In this document: positions 19,060 through 27,816 of the stretch, in pieces
Position numbering within the stretch: the first letter of the stretch is position 1
Layout of the letters: every line of letters begins with the position of its first letter
DNA from: Bacteroidia bacterium
Lineage (GTDB): Bacteria > Bacteroidota > Bacteroidia > UBA10329
Assembly (NCBI GenBank): GCA_047614525.1
Contig: JBLHEU010000001.1
Coordinates: forward strand, 1-48,163
Reading direction: 5' to 3'
Length of the DNA stretch: 48,163 nt
Translations under genes and position numbers: made by a program
The notes under the pieces: generated by a model
The model's database searches: none
Seen by the model: the letters and a program-made list of their open reading frames with translations, nothing else
Told to the model about the DNA's origin: nothing

Positions 19060-21288
19060 ATGAATATGAAAAACCTCTTTACACTCATGCTTGGCGGATT
19101 GGTTTCCGCAAGTACTTTCGGGCAAACAACCCTTCCTACTGCGTGGAACTTTGATGATCCACAACCAACAGGTTGGGTTGAAGAATTATCTAACAACCCA
19201 GGGAACACGCGCTACACAAATGGGTTAGTTGATGCTGCTTGTAAACTAGATGGAGATGACGAATACGTTCAGGTGCATTTTAGTGATGTTTGCGGAGGTG
19301 TTACTTATTTCCTAATAGGGCAAAGTTCTGCGAGCAATGATGTTTTCACTGTTCAAGAAAGTGCAGATGGTTCAGTTTGGACAACCCTTAGATTGTTTGA
19401 AGAAGCAGATTTAAATGCTGCATCAACATTTACTGAGTTTACAGATGTACCGTTGTCTGCCACACGTTACGTTAGATGGTATTTCACAGAAAAGCAAAGT
19501 GGAAGAAACGTTGGGCTTGATGAGATTGAATTGATGTCTCAGGTTCCTACAAATGATCAAGAAATTGGTATTAATAGTGGTGTTGTACAGATTGTAAACA
19601 ACGGCACTTTCGTAGTTGGCAATCAAGCTAACACCACAATTAGTATCGAAAATATTAATCTACTTGGCGGGTCTGATTTGACCATTAGCAACGTTACTCT
19701 AGGAGGAACGAATGCTGCGGATTTTTCACTCGGAACGACTCCAACCACTGTTGGAGCTACTGCGGTTGAGGATTTTGATTTAAACTTTACTGCTGGCGCG
19801 GCAGGTTCTCGTTTCGCCACGCTTACAATTGAGAATGATGATGCAAATGGTGACGAAACAACCTTTGTCATCAACCTTTATGCAATTGGCGGAGATTACG
19901 CTACCGAACCAACAGAAAGCCCAACCAACCTTCAATTCTCCGATGTTACTACCTACGGTTATGAAGTAAGTTTTGATGCTGCTGCAGTGGTGCCAGAAAA
20001 CTACATTGTGGTTCGTGGAATAGATGTGATATCACTTGCTGAGCCGACAGACGGCTCAACATATGTTAAAGGAGATTACTTGAGTCTTACTACACAGGTG
20101 GTGCATGTCGGTCCCGCAGGAAGCTTCCGACCTACTTACAATGTTGCAAGTACCTCATATTACTTTGAGGCATACTCTTTTAACGGACCCGAAGGTTACG
20201 AGAACTACAAAACCTCTGGAGTACTGGCTAACCAAGTAATAACTCCTGCAACGATGATGGGTAATTACTATGATGGTATAGATGCGAATCAGACAACCTT
20301 CCTTACCGATTTGCAAACTCGAATAGGCCAAGGCTATAATCAGATTTTCTACAGCAACTACTCGCCTATAATGATTCAAAAATTTGCATCTAGAGATACA
20401 ACGGGAAGCCAAAAAGTGGTTACCGGGGTTTATTCTGGATATCAACACATATATCCTGGAGCATTCTTTTACGATGTACTTAGTCGTGAGCATTCTTGGC
20501 CACATAGCTGGATGCCTACTTTCCTGCAAGGGTCGGATGGCGATGAATATTCAGACATGCATAACCTCTTCCCAACGCATCAAAACAATTCGAATGCTGT
20601 TAGAAGCAACAAGCCGCTGGGCGTGGTTGATGTGCAGGCCAGCTCGTTTCTGGATGCTCAATATGGAGACGATGTGAACGGAAACCGTGTGTACGAACCA
20701 CGCGATTCCCACAAGGGTGATGCCGCCAGAGCTATCATGTATATGGCTACAAAGTGGAACGGAACGGGAGGAACTTGGGAGTTGCCAAATCCTATTGACA
20801 ACTTTATAACCCAGTATGGCCAAGACCAAGATGTACTGAAGCAATGGCATTTACAAGACCCACCAGATGCTTGGGAAATTGCACGTAACGACTTTATCGA
20901 AAGTGAGCAAGGAAACAGAAATCCATTTGTGGATAGCGTAAACTGGGTTTGCTACATCGATTTCGAAACCATGACTTATTTGTCAAATCCAACATTCCCT
21001 TGTGCCACAACACCTGATGGAATTGAAGAGCAATTGGCAGGTGATTTCTCAGTTTCTCCAAACCCCTCAAACGGAGAAGTAACGCTGAACTTGAACTTGT
21101 TGGAGACGCAAGAATTGACAGTTGAAATGATGGATATTTCAGGGCGTCAGGTTGCAACACAAGCGGGCAGTTTTAATGCTGGAGCTTCTAAACAAAACTT
21201 CGACTTCACTAATCTAGATGCTGGTATTTACCATATGATTCTAACAGGAGAAAAAGGAAGAGCGGCACTTAAAGTGGTTCTTCAATAA
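19060..21288 (+). CDS. Extracellular endonuclease I-family nuclease with N-terminal Ig/FN3-like domains and T9SS C-terminal sorting domain
   Basis: Endonuclease_1-type motifs 'REHSWPHSW', 'HNLFPTHQNNSNAVRSNKP' and 'EQGNRNPFVD'. C-terminal 'SPNPSNGEVTL...GIYHMIL'. It starts 3 nt after the receptor stop. Confidence 0.85.
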   Translation: MNMKNLFTLMLGGLVSASTFGQTTLPTAWNFDDPQPTGWVEELSNNPGNTRYTNGLVDAACKLDGDDEYVQVHFSDVCGGVTYFLIGQSSASNDVFTVQESADGSVWTTLRLFEEADLNAASTFTEFTDVPLSATRYVRWYFTEKQSGRNVGLDEIELMSQVPTNDQEIGINSGVVQIVNNGTFVVGNQANTTISIENINLLGGSDLTISNVTLGGTNAADFSLGTTPTTVGATAVEDFDLNFTAGAAGSRFATLTIENDDANGDETTFVINLYAIGGDYATEPTESPTNLQFSDVTTYGYEVSFDAAAVVPENYIVVRGIDVISLAEPTDGSTYVKGDYLSLTTQVVHVGPAGSFRPTYNVASTSYYFEAYSFNGPEGYENYKTSGVLANQVITPATMMGNYYDGIDANQTTFLTDLQTRIGQGYNQIFYSNYSPIMIQKFASRDTTGSQKVVTGVYSGYQHIYPGAFFYDVLSREHSWPHSWMPTFLQGSDGDEYSDMHNLFPTHQNNSNAVRSNKPLGVVDVQASSFLDAQYGDDVNGNRVYEPRDSHKGDAARAIMYMATKWNGTGGTWELPNPIDNFITQYGQDQDVLKQWHLQDPPDAWEIARNDFIESEQGNRNPFVDSVNWVCYIDFETMTYLSNPTFPCATTPDGIEEQLAGDFSVSPNPSNGEVTLNLNLLETQELTVEMMDISGRQVATQAGSFNAGASKQNFDFTNLDAGIYHMILTGEKGRAALKVVLQ

Positions 21289-21314
21289 GAAGCAAGCACA
21301 TAAATTTTATTGAA

Positions 21315-21344
21315 GTCGTTGATTGAAAAATCAGCGGCTTTTTT
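21315..21344 (+). terminator. Intrinsic terminator after the endonuclease gene
   Basis: 10-bp stem gtcgttgatt / aatcagcggc (two G-U pairs), GAAA loop, then TTTTTT. Confidence 0.6.
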
Positions 21345-21347
21345 GTT

Positions 21348-22115
21348 TTAATCTATGAAGGTTTTTACTCCCTCAACAAACCCTTTTGGGTCCTGTGCAT
21401 GAACCCAATGGCCGGTATTCAACGACTTGAATGCCGAGTTGGGAAAAAGTTCAAGGATATCAGTTTTGTCCTCTTCTAAAATATACTTTGACTGGGTGCC
21501 ATACAAGAAGAGCGTATCAACTTCTGAGCCCTCAGAAATTGCCAATCCCATTTCCTCAACATCATCAGCAATAACCTCTAGGTTAAACCGCCAAGCATAC
21601 TTGCTAGAACCATCTTCTTTCTTTTGTCGATAGATATTCTTCAGCAAAAATTGAATGGTGCTTGGGTCCTCACCCAACAAATGCGTTAAGGACTCTTCCG
21701 CCTCTTTTCTAGAATTCATGACCTCTAAATCCAATGCTTGCATAGAGCGAATTATCAAATCATGATGAACAGGGTATTGTTTTACGCCCATATCAACCAC
21801 CACCAATTTGGAAAGTAATTCTCCGTGCTCAGAGGCAAAAAGAAGGGCTGTTTTTCCTCCCATAGAATGCCCCATTAAAACGGCATCCTTCAATCCGTGT
21901 TCTTGGAAGAATTCGAATAAATCATCAGCCATTTCTTCATACGTATGAGAATCGTAATGAGGCGACTGTCCATGATTTCTCTGGTCAACCAAGTAAACAT
22001 GATGCTTATCTGCGAACGCTTTAGAAATCGAAAACCAATTATCCAACGAGCCGAACAAGCCATGCAGAATAACGAGCGGTTTCCCCTCGCCATATTCCTT
22101 GAAATGCAATCTCAC
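21348..22115 (-). CDS. Alpha/beta-fold hydrolase
   Basis: 'LVILHGLFGS' and the nucleophile elbow 'GHSMGG'. The GTG start overlaps the pdxJ stop (GTGA). Confidence 0.85.
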   Translation of the reverse strand: MRLHFKEYGEGKPLVILHGLFGSLDNWFSISKAFADKHHVYLVDQRNHGQSPHYDSHTYEEMADDLFEFFQEHGLKDAVLMGHSMGGKTALLFASEHGELLSKLVVVDMGVKQYPVHHDLIIRSMQALDLEVMNSRKEAEESLTHLLGEDPSTIQFLLKNIYRQKKEDGSSKYAWRFNLEVIADDVEEMGLAISEGSEVDTLFLYGTQSKYILEEDKTDILELFPNSAFKSLNTGHWVHAQDPKGFVEGVKTFID

Positions 22116-22831
22116 GTTAGTGCGTTCTTGTACATTTTTACGGCATTGCCTATTCCTAAATAAAGGGAATCAGAAATGAGTGCATGTCCAATGCTCACCT
22201 CTAAAAGGTTTGGAATGTTCTGATTGAAATAAGCCAAGTTTTCTAGGTTGAGGTCGTGACCAGCGTTAATGCCTAACCCAACTTCTTCAGCAATTTGAGA
22301 AGCTCTCACAAACGGAGCAATTGCTTTTTCTTTTTCTGCAGAAAACTCGCTCGCGTAGCTCTCGGTGTATAGTTCAACTCTATCCGCCCCTGTTGTTTGT
22401 GCCGCACGAATCATTTCTTCATCGGTCTCAATAAATATTGAAGTTCTGATTCCAGCATTCTTTAATCGTTCAATAATACCTTTCAGAAATTCTTGATTTT
22501 CAATGGTATTCCAACCGGCATTGGAAGTTAAAACCCCTGGAGGGTCAGGGACTAAAGTGGCTTGCGTTGGCTTTACATCCAATACAATTTCCATGAACTT
22601 CTCATTCGGATAGCCTTCAATGTTGTACTCAGTGTGCACAACAGGTTTTAAGTCATACACATCTTGGTAACGAATGTGTCTTTCGTCTGGACGCGGGTGA
22701 ATTGTAATTCCATCGGCCCCAAACTGCTGTGCTTTTATGGCTGCTTCAACCACGCTAGGGTAAATACCGCCACGGCTATTCCGTAATGTGGCAATCTTGT
22801 TAATGTTTACGCTGAGTTTAGTGCTGCTCAT
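22112..22831 (-). CDS. pdxJ: Pyridoxine 5'-phosphate synthase
   Basis: 'LSVNINKIATLRNSRGG', 'GITIHPRPDERHI' and 'INAGHDLN' are typical of PdxJ. Confidence 0.95.
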   Translation of the reverse strand: MSSTKLSVNINKIATLRNSRGGIYPSVVEAAIKAQQFGADGITIHPRPDERHIRYQDVYDLKPVVHTEYNIEGYPNEKFMEIVLDVKPTQATLVPDPPGVLTSNAGWNTIENQEFLKGIIERLKNAGIRTSIFIETDEEMIRAAQTTGADRVELYTESYASEFSAEKEKAIAPFVRASQIAEEVGLGINAGHDLNLENLAYFNQNIPNLLEVSIGHALISDSLYLGIGNAVKMYKNALT

Positions 22832-22857
22832 ATTTGATGTTGAAACTTAATTGTTGC

Positions 22858-22865
22858 CAAAAATA
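22858..22865 (-). promoter_or_regulatory. -7 promoter box TATTTTTG for the pdxJ / hydrolase pair
   Basis: Perfect TAnnTTTG on the minus strand, 26 nt upstream of the pdxJ ATG. It sits in the centre of a 10/11-bp palindrome. Confidence 0.35.
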
Positions 22866-22956
22866 GACTTCGGCAAACAATTTGATGTTAGCTATTTCGC
22901 CAAAACAATAACAAATTGGCAACTGTTTACGTTTATTTTGCACGCAACAGAATAAA

Positions 22957-23616
22957 ATGCTCGCTAGAGAACTCATATCTAAGATTGTTCCGCCTCTCAG
23001 ACCTACTGACGAGGTTGCACGAGCATTGGCGTGGATGGACGAGTTTAAAGTGTCTCACTTGCCTGTTGTTGATGGAACAAGTTTCCTTGGCCTCATTTCT
23101 GAGGACAATATTATGGATGGTGCAAAAGACGATACCGTTGGAGCATCTGTTGAGGTTCTTAATCCAGGTTCGGTTTTAGAATCTGAGCATATTTATAATG
23201 TAATCAGAAAACTTGCAGCAACGGATTTATCTGTTGTAGCGGTGTTGAATTCTGAGGAAGAATATCTTGGATGTATTACACTTTATGACCTGGTAACCAA
23301 GTTTGAGGAGCTTGCAGTGATAAATCAGCCTGGTGGAATTATCGTTTTGAATTTTAATAAGGCTGATTACTCCTTGGCTCAGGTAGCACATGTGGTTGAA
23401 TCGAACAATGCTAAAATTTTGAGTAGCTACGTTTTTGAACGACCAGAAACAGGAATGCTTGAGCTTACGCTAAAAGTAAATCGCGAAGAAGTTGGCTCGA
23501 TTGTTCAAAGTTTGGAGCGGTATGATTATCAGGTAATTGCCTATTTCCAAGAAAGTGCGCACCTTGAAGACCTCAAAGGCCGCTATGACGAATTGATGCG
23601 GTACATCAATATTTAA
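22957..23616 (+). CDS. CBS-domain pair protein
   Basis: Two CBS-like repeats ('VSHLPVVDGTSFLGLISEDNIM', 'VVAVLNSEEEYLGCITLYDLV'). I recall CBS genes as neighbours of pdxJ/nadK in Flavobacteriia. Confidence 0.8.
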   Translation: MLARELISKIVPPLRPTDEVARALAWMDEFKVSHLPVVDGTSFLGLISEDNIMDGAKDDTVGASVEVLNPGSVLESEHIYNVIRKLAATDLSVVAVLNSEEEYLGCITLYDLVTKFEELAVINQPGGIIVLNFNKADYSLAQVAHVVESNNAKILSSYVFERPETGMLELTLKVNREEVGSIVQSLERYDYQVIAYFQESAHLEDLKGRYDELMRYINI

Positions 23617-25005
23617 GTGGCGCAAACCAACCTACGTTTAATCCTTTTTACCCTTTTTCTTATTCCTTTCGTCACTCAGGCACAGGATTTAGTTATTAGC
23701 TCCCTGAGTTTTGAAGGCAATAAATTAACGCGTGAGCGTATCCTGCTGCGCGAGATTACTTTTAGAGAAGGCCAGAGCATCTCGCAAGAGAAATTCGCTG
23801 AACATTTAGAACGTTCCAAGGGAAATCTTTGGAATTTATTGCTGTTCAATTTTGTTGAAATTGATACCTGCGGATACGGAGACAATCAAATTGAAGTAGT
23901 AGTTCGGGTTGTTGAGCGTTGGTACGTTTGGCCCATTCCATTTGTTGAATTTGCCGATAGAAACCTTCGAGAATGGTGGGAAACTAAACGTTTTGATCGC
24001 CTGGATTATGGAATGCTTGTTAAGTGGAGCAATTTCCGTGGCAGACGTGAAGAACTGACTTTGCATCTTCGATTTGGCTTCAATAATCAATATGAGTTGA
24101 GGTATGAAATCCCATATCTGGATAAAGCGCAGAAATGGGGAATCGAAATTCAAGGCGGTTATAGACAGGGAAGGGAAGTAGCCTACGCTACAGTTCAGAA
24201 TAAACGTGTTTTCTACAAGGACCCTGAAAGATACATCAGGAAAGAAGCATTCGGAACAATTACGCCTCGCTGGAGACCGAACCTATACAATTTGCATAAA
24301 CTAGAAATTGGGTTTACCCACTTTTGGGTTGTTGATTCTGTAGCACAATTACAATCCGAATATTTTGGGGCTGGAGAAAACCTCACCAAGCATTTTTCAA
24401 TAGAATATTGGGGGGTTAAGCAGGTTACCGATTATGCAGATTACCCTTTAAAAGGCTATCGTATAGACCTTAAGGTTAGAAAGGAGGGGCTGCGAATTTT
24501 TGATAGCCCAGTAGATATTTGGACACTTGAATTGGAGTTTGCTAAATACTGGCAACTGCACAAACGTTGGTATTTTTCTCATGGTCAAAAAATGAAAGTC
24601 TCATCTACAAACGGTCAAGCCTATTCGCTTCAGAGAGGGCTGGGTTATCAACGAGATTTTGTTCGTGGTTATGAATTATACGTTATTGATGGTCAGCATT
24701 TTGGGTTGCTTAAAACGGCATTAAAGTTTGCCATCTTGCCAATGAGAAAGGTGAAATTGAAATTCCTAAAATCAGAGAAATTTAACACATTACCTCTTGC
24801 CTTTTACATAAATGTCAACTTTGACATGGGGTACGTTATAGATAATCAGTACAACGAACAAAACCCTCTTGCGGGAAGTTTACTTTTTGGAGGGGGAATA
24901 GGCCTGGATGTGGTTACCTTTTATGACATTTCTTGGCGAGCTGAATACTCAGTTAATAAGAATCTTGAGCATGGTTTTTTCTTACATTTCACAAAGCACA
25001 TTTAA
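23617..25005 (+). CDS. Omp85-like outer-membrane protein with a single N-terminal POTRA domain
   Basis: Signal peptide 'LILFTLFLIPFVTQAQ'. POTRA-like 'ISSLSFEGNKLTRERILLREITFREGQ...IEVVVRVVERW'. Beta-rich C-terminal barrel. Confidence 0.6.
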   Translation: MAQTNLRLILFTLFLIPFVTQAQDLVISSLSFEGNKLTRERILLREITFREGQSISQEKFAEHLERSKGNLWNLLLFNFVEIDTCGYGDNQIEVVVRVVERWYVWPIPFVEFADRNLREWWETKRFDRLDYGMLVKWSNFRGRREELTLHLRFGFNNQYELRYEIPYLDKAQKWGIEIQGGYRQGREVAYATVQNKRVFYKDPERYIRKEAFGTITPRWRPNLYNLHKLEIGFTHFWVVDSVAQLQSEYFGAGENLTKHFSIEYWGVKQVTDYADYPLKGYRIDLKVRKEGLRIFDSPVDIWTLELEFAKYWQLHKRWYFSHGQKMKVSSTNGQAYSLQRGLGYQRDFVRGYELYVIDGQHFGLLKTALKFAILPMRKVKLKFLKSEKFNTLPLAFYINVNFDMGYVIDNQYNEQNPLAGSLLFGGGIGLDVVTFYDISWRAEYSVNKNLEHGFFLHFTKHI

Positions 25006-25008
25006 TTA

Positions 25009-25872
25009 ATGCGAGTTGCTGTTCATGGTAGACTAAGGTTTGAGAAAGACCGGCCTCGGTTGATTTCCGTTTTGGAAACACTGAACAAGTGTTTTGATGA
25101 GGTTTTTTATACCCAAACCTTAGCTCAACTTGAAGGGGTTGATTCTAATCAGGTGATTAGTTCGGATAAAATTTCCGCTGACCAATTTGACGTATTGGTA
25201 AGTGTTGGAGGGGATGGAACAATTCTAGAATCCGTACGGAAAGTAGGGCAGTCTGGTATCCCAATTTTGGGCGTGAATACAGGAAGACTCGGCTTCTTAT
25301 CTAGCACACCTTTTGAGGAACTTGAGCAAGCATTCTTGAAAGTGAAAAAGGGAGACTTTCAGGTAGATTACAGAACCTTGGTAAAAGCCGAAACCCACGA
25401 CAACCTTTTTGGAGACGATAATTATGCGCTTAATGAAGTTAGCGTACACAAAAGTGCCACATCTTCAATGGTTGTGGTAAACGCTTATTTGGATGATTTC
25501 TTCCTGAACACTTATTGGGCCGATGGCTTAATTATATCAACACCGACAGGCTCCACAGGCTATTCTCTCAGCACTGGTGGGCCAATTGTTGCGCCAGGAA
25601 CCAACAATTTTATCATCACGCCAATTGCGCCACATAATTTAAATGTACGCCCATTGGTTATCAGCGATGACAGAAAAATCACACTCAAAATTGAAAATAC
25701 CGACCCAAACTTCATGATTTCGCTCGACTCGCAATCGCAGGTAGTAAAATCACATGTAGAACTCCAAGTTTCAAAGGCAGAGTTTCAAGTAGGGTTGGTA
25801 CGCTTTGGTCCAAACGACTATTTCGATACGCTTAGAGGTAAGCTAATGTGGGGGATTGATAGGCGTAATTGA
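25009..25872 (+). CDS. nadK: NAD kinase
   Basis: 'LVSVGGDGTIL' and 'GLIISTPTGSTGYSLSTGGPIV' motifs. Confidence 0.9.
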   Translation: MRVAVHGRLRFEKDRPRLISVLETLNKCFDEVFYTQTLAQLEGVDSNQVISSDKISADQFDVLVSVGGDGTILESVRKVGQSGIPILGVNTGRLGFLSSTPFEELEQAFLKVKKGDFQVDYRTLVKAETHDNLFGDDNYALNEVSVHKSATSSMVVVNAYLDDFFLNTYWADGLIISTPTGSTGYSLSTGGPIVAPGTNNFIITPIAPHNLNVRPLVISDDRKITLKIENTDPNFMISLDSQSQVVKSHVELQVSKAEFQVGLVRFGPNDYFDTLRGKLMWGIDRRN

Positions 25873-25906
25873 GCACAATATCAAAACTGTCCAACATTAA
25901 TTTGGC

Positions 25907-25914
25907 TATATTTG
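25907..25914 (+). promoter_or_regulatory. -7 promoter box TATATTTG upstream of the first DUF6089-like gene
   Basis: Perfect TAnnTTTG, 34 nt upstream of the ATG at 25949. Confidence 0.35.
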
Positions 25915-25948
25915 CAATCTTACTTTAGTGGCACTTGCACCTAGAATT

Positions 25949-26914
25949 ATGCGAATTAAGGCTATAATACTTTGTTTAATCGTCATCATTCCTTCACTGG
26001 CTGAAGCTCAGCGTTGGAAAAGACAGCGTTACGAATGGGTTGCGGGTATTGGAGCAACTCAATTCTTAGGCGATCTTGGTGGGCGTAACCAAGTTGGGTC
26101 AGACTATTTCTTTGATTTAGATGCTGCATCTACTCGCTATATGGTTAATCTTGGGTTTAGGTATAAAATCTCCCAATACATCTCTGCAAAAACAGGCTTC
26201 ACATTCGGAGAGATAGCTGGTGACGATAAGTTCTCGCAAGAGCCTTTTAGAAACAACAGAAACCTGCATTTCCGTTCACCAGTTGTAGAGTGGGCAACAC
26301 AGATTGAGGTTTCTTGGATGAGAGAATCTACAGGAAGTAGATATAAGATTAGACGTGTTAGGGGTAGAGGTCGAAAAGGTAGCCAGGTTTACGTTTACGG
26401 ATTTGCTGGTGTAGCGCTTTTGTACATGAATCCGATGGCCAAATTTGATGGTAAATGGCACTCATTAAAAAAACTTCACACTGAAGGACAGGGGTTTGTG
26501 CCTTCACGTGAGGAATATTCAAACTGGCAGTTTGCAATACCATTTGGTGTTGGGATGAAATACACAATTGACAAGAAAAGTAGTATTGGACTTGAGTATG
26601 GGCTTAGAAAGACCTTTACGGATTATATAGATGATGTTAGTACGACTTACGTATACACTAAGGAAGGTCAAAGAAGAGACCCAGCCGGAGCTCAGAGAGT
26701 AATTGATGCATTGGGTTATGATAATGTAGCAATGGGACTTGCTGATCCATCATTAGCCGAAGTTCCCCAAGGAATTGACATTTTTCAGGGAGCTTGTTCG
26801 GCTTGTCCTGGTCAACAAAGAGGTGATCCAACGGATTTAGATTCCTACATGTTCATTATGATTACCTATCAAAGGAAAATCCGGACAACAAGAAAGGGCC
26901 TTCCGAAGTTCTAG
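25949..26914 (+). CDS. Outer-membrane beta-barrel protein, DUF6089-like (paralog 1)
   Basis: Signal peptide 'MRIKAIILCLIVIIPSLAEAQ'. Shares 'F(T)DYIDDVS' and 'PL...EGQG' blocks with the next gene. The family name is from memory of Flavobacteriia synteny. Confidence 0.55.
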   Translation: MRIKAIILCLIVIIPSLAEAQRWKRQRYEWVAGIGATQFLGDLGGRNQVGSDYFFDLDAASTRYMVNLGFRYKISQYISAKTGFTFGEIAGDDKFSQEPFRNNRNLHFRSPVVEWATQIEVSWMRESTGSRYKIRRVRGRGRKGSQVYVYGFAGVALLYMNPMAKFDGKWHSLKKLHTEGQGFVPSREEYSNWQFAIPFGVGMKYTIDKKSSIGLEYGLRKTFTDYIDDVSTTYVYTKEGQRRDPAGAQRVIDALGYDNVAMGLADPSLAEVPQGIDIFQGACSACPGQQRGDPTDLDSYMFIMITYQRKIRTTRKGLPKF

Positions 26915-26935
26915 TCTGCTAACTACCTGTTGAGC

Positions 26936-27760
26936 ATGAAAAGATTTCTGTTTTTTATTTTATTTGTCGGACTTTGTATTTCGGAATCGAAAGCGCAGTA
27001 TTCTGAGTTCGGACTAATGGGGGGCGTGTCCTATTATATGGGCGATTTAAACCCAGAAACACCATTCAAACAAGTAATGCCTGCCGGTGGTTTGTTTTAC
27101 CGTTACAACTTTAATGAGAGGTTTTCGGTTAGAGGGTCCTTCACCCTTGGATACCTAAAAGGAAATGACGCTAAATCGAAAGTAGCTTCGCAACTAAATC
27201 GAAACTTAAACTTCGAGTCCTGGATTTACGATTTTGCAATTACGGGTGAGTTTAACTTCTTCAAGTACGCACCAGGTGATATGTCTCACCCAATTACACC
27301 TTTTATTTTTGGCGGAATAGCCGTATTTAAATTCAATCCGGTTGCAACTGCAGCTGATGGTAATAAATATGAGCTGCAACCATTAGGAACAGAAGGACAG
27401 GGAACAACCTTTTATCCGAACAGAAAAAAATATTCATTGACCACCGCTTCTATTCCGTTTGGTATTGGTGTTAAAGCAAACATTTCAAAAATATTTTCTG
27501 TGGGTCTTGAATGGGGAATGAGATATGCATTTACCGATTATTTAGATGACGTAAGCGGAACTTATGCTGACCCTATTGTTATTCAGGCGGAACGTGGGTT
27601 AATTGCAGCGGAGTTGGCGAACCGTTCCAATATTCCAAATGAAGCGGTCAGAGAACGCCAGCGTGGGAACTCAAAAACTAATGATTGGTACTCGTTCGCG
27701 CTGATCACATTTTCGATGAATATTAAAGCCCGACCGGCTAAATGTCCCGCCTATCAATAA
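26936..27760 (+). CDS. Outer-membrane beta-barrel protein, DUF6089-like (paralog 2)
   Basis: Signal peptide 'MKRFLFFILFVGLCISESKAQ'. Blocks 'LQPLGTEGQG' and 'FTDYLDDVSGTY' parallel the preceding gene. Confidence 0.55.
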   Translation: MKRFLFFILFVGLCISESKAQYSEFGLMGGVSYYMGDLNPETPFKQVMPAGGLFYRYNFNERFSVRGSFTLGYLKGNDAKSKVASQLNRNLNFESWIYDFAITGEFNFFKYAPGDMSHPITPFIFGGIAVFKFNPVATAADGNKYELQPLGTEGQGTTFYPNRKKYSLTTASIPFGIGVKANISKIFSVGLEWGMRYAFTDYLDDVSGTYADPIVIQAERGLIAAELANRSNIPNEAVRERQRGNSKTNDWYSFALITFSMNIKARPAKCPAYQ

Positions 27761-27776
27761 GTCTAAATCAGTAAAG

Positions 27777-27807
27777 TACATTTGCATCGCCTTTAGGGGC
27801 GATTTTT
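27777..27807 (+). promoter_or_regulatory. TACATTTG -7 box followed directly by a short terminator-like hairpin upstream of uppS
   Basis: TAnnTTTG at 27777-27784. A 6-bp stem atcgcc / ggcgat spans 27786-27803, then TTTT. It is unclear whether this is the terminator of the upstream gene or a leader structure. Confidence 0.3.
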
Positions 27808-27816
27808 AATTTATAG

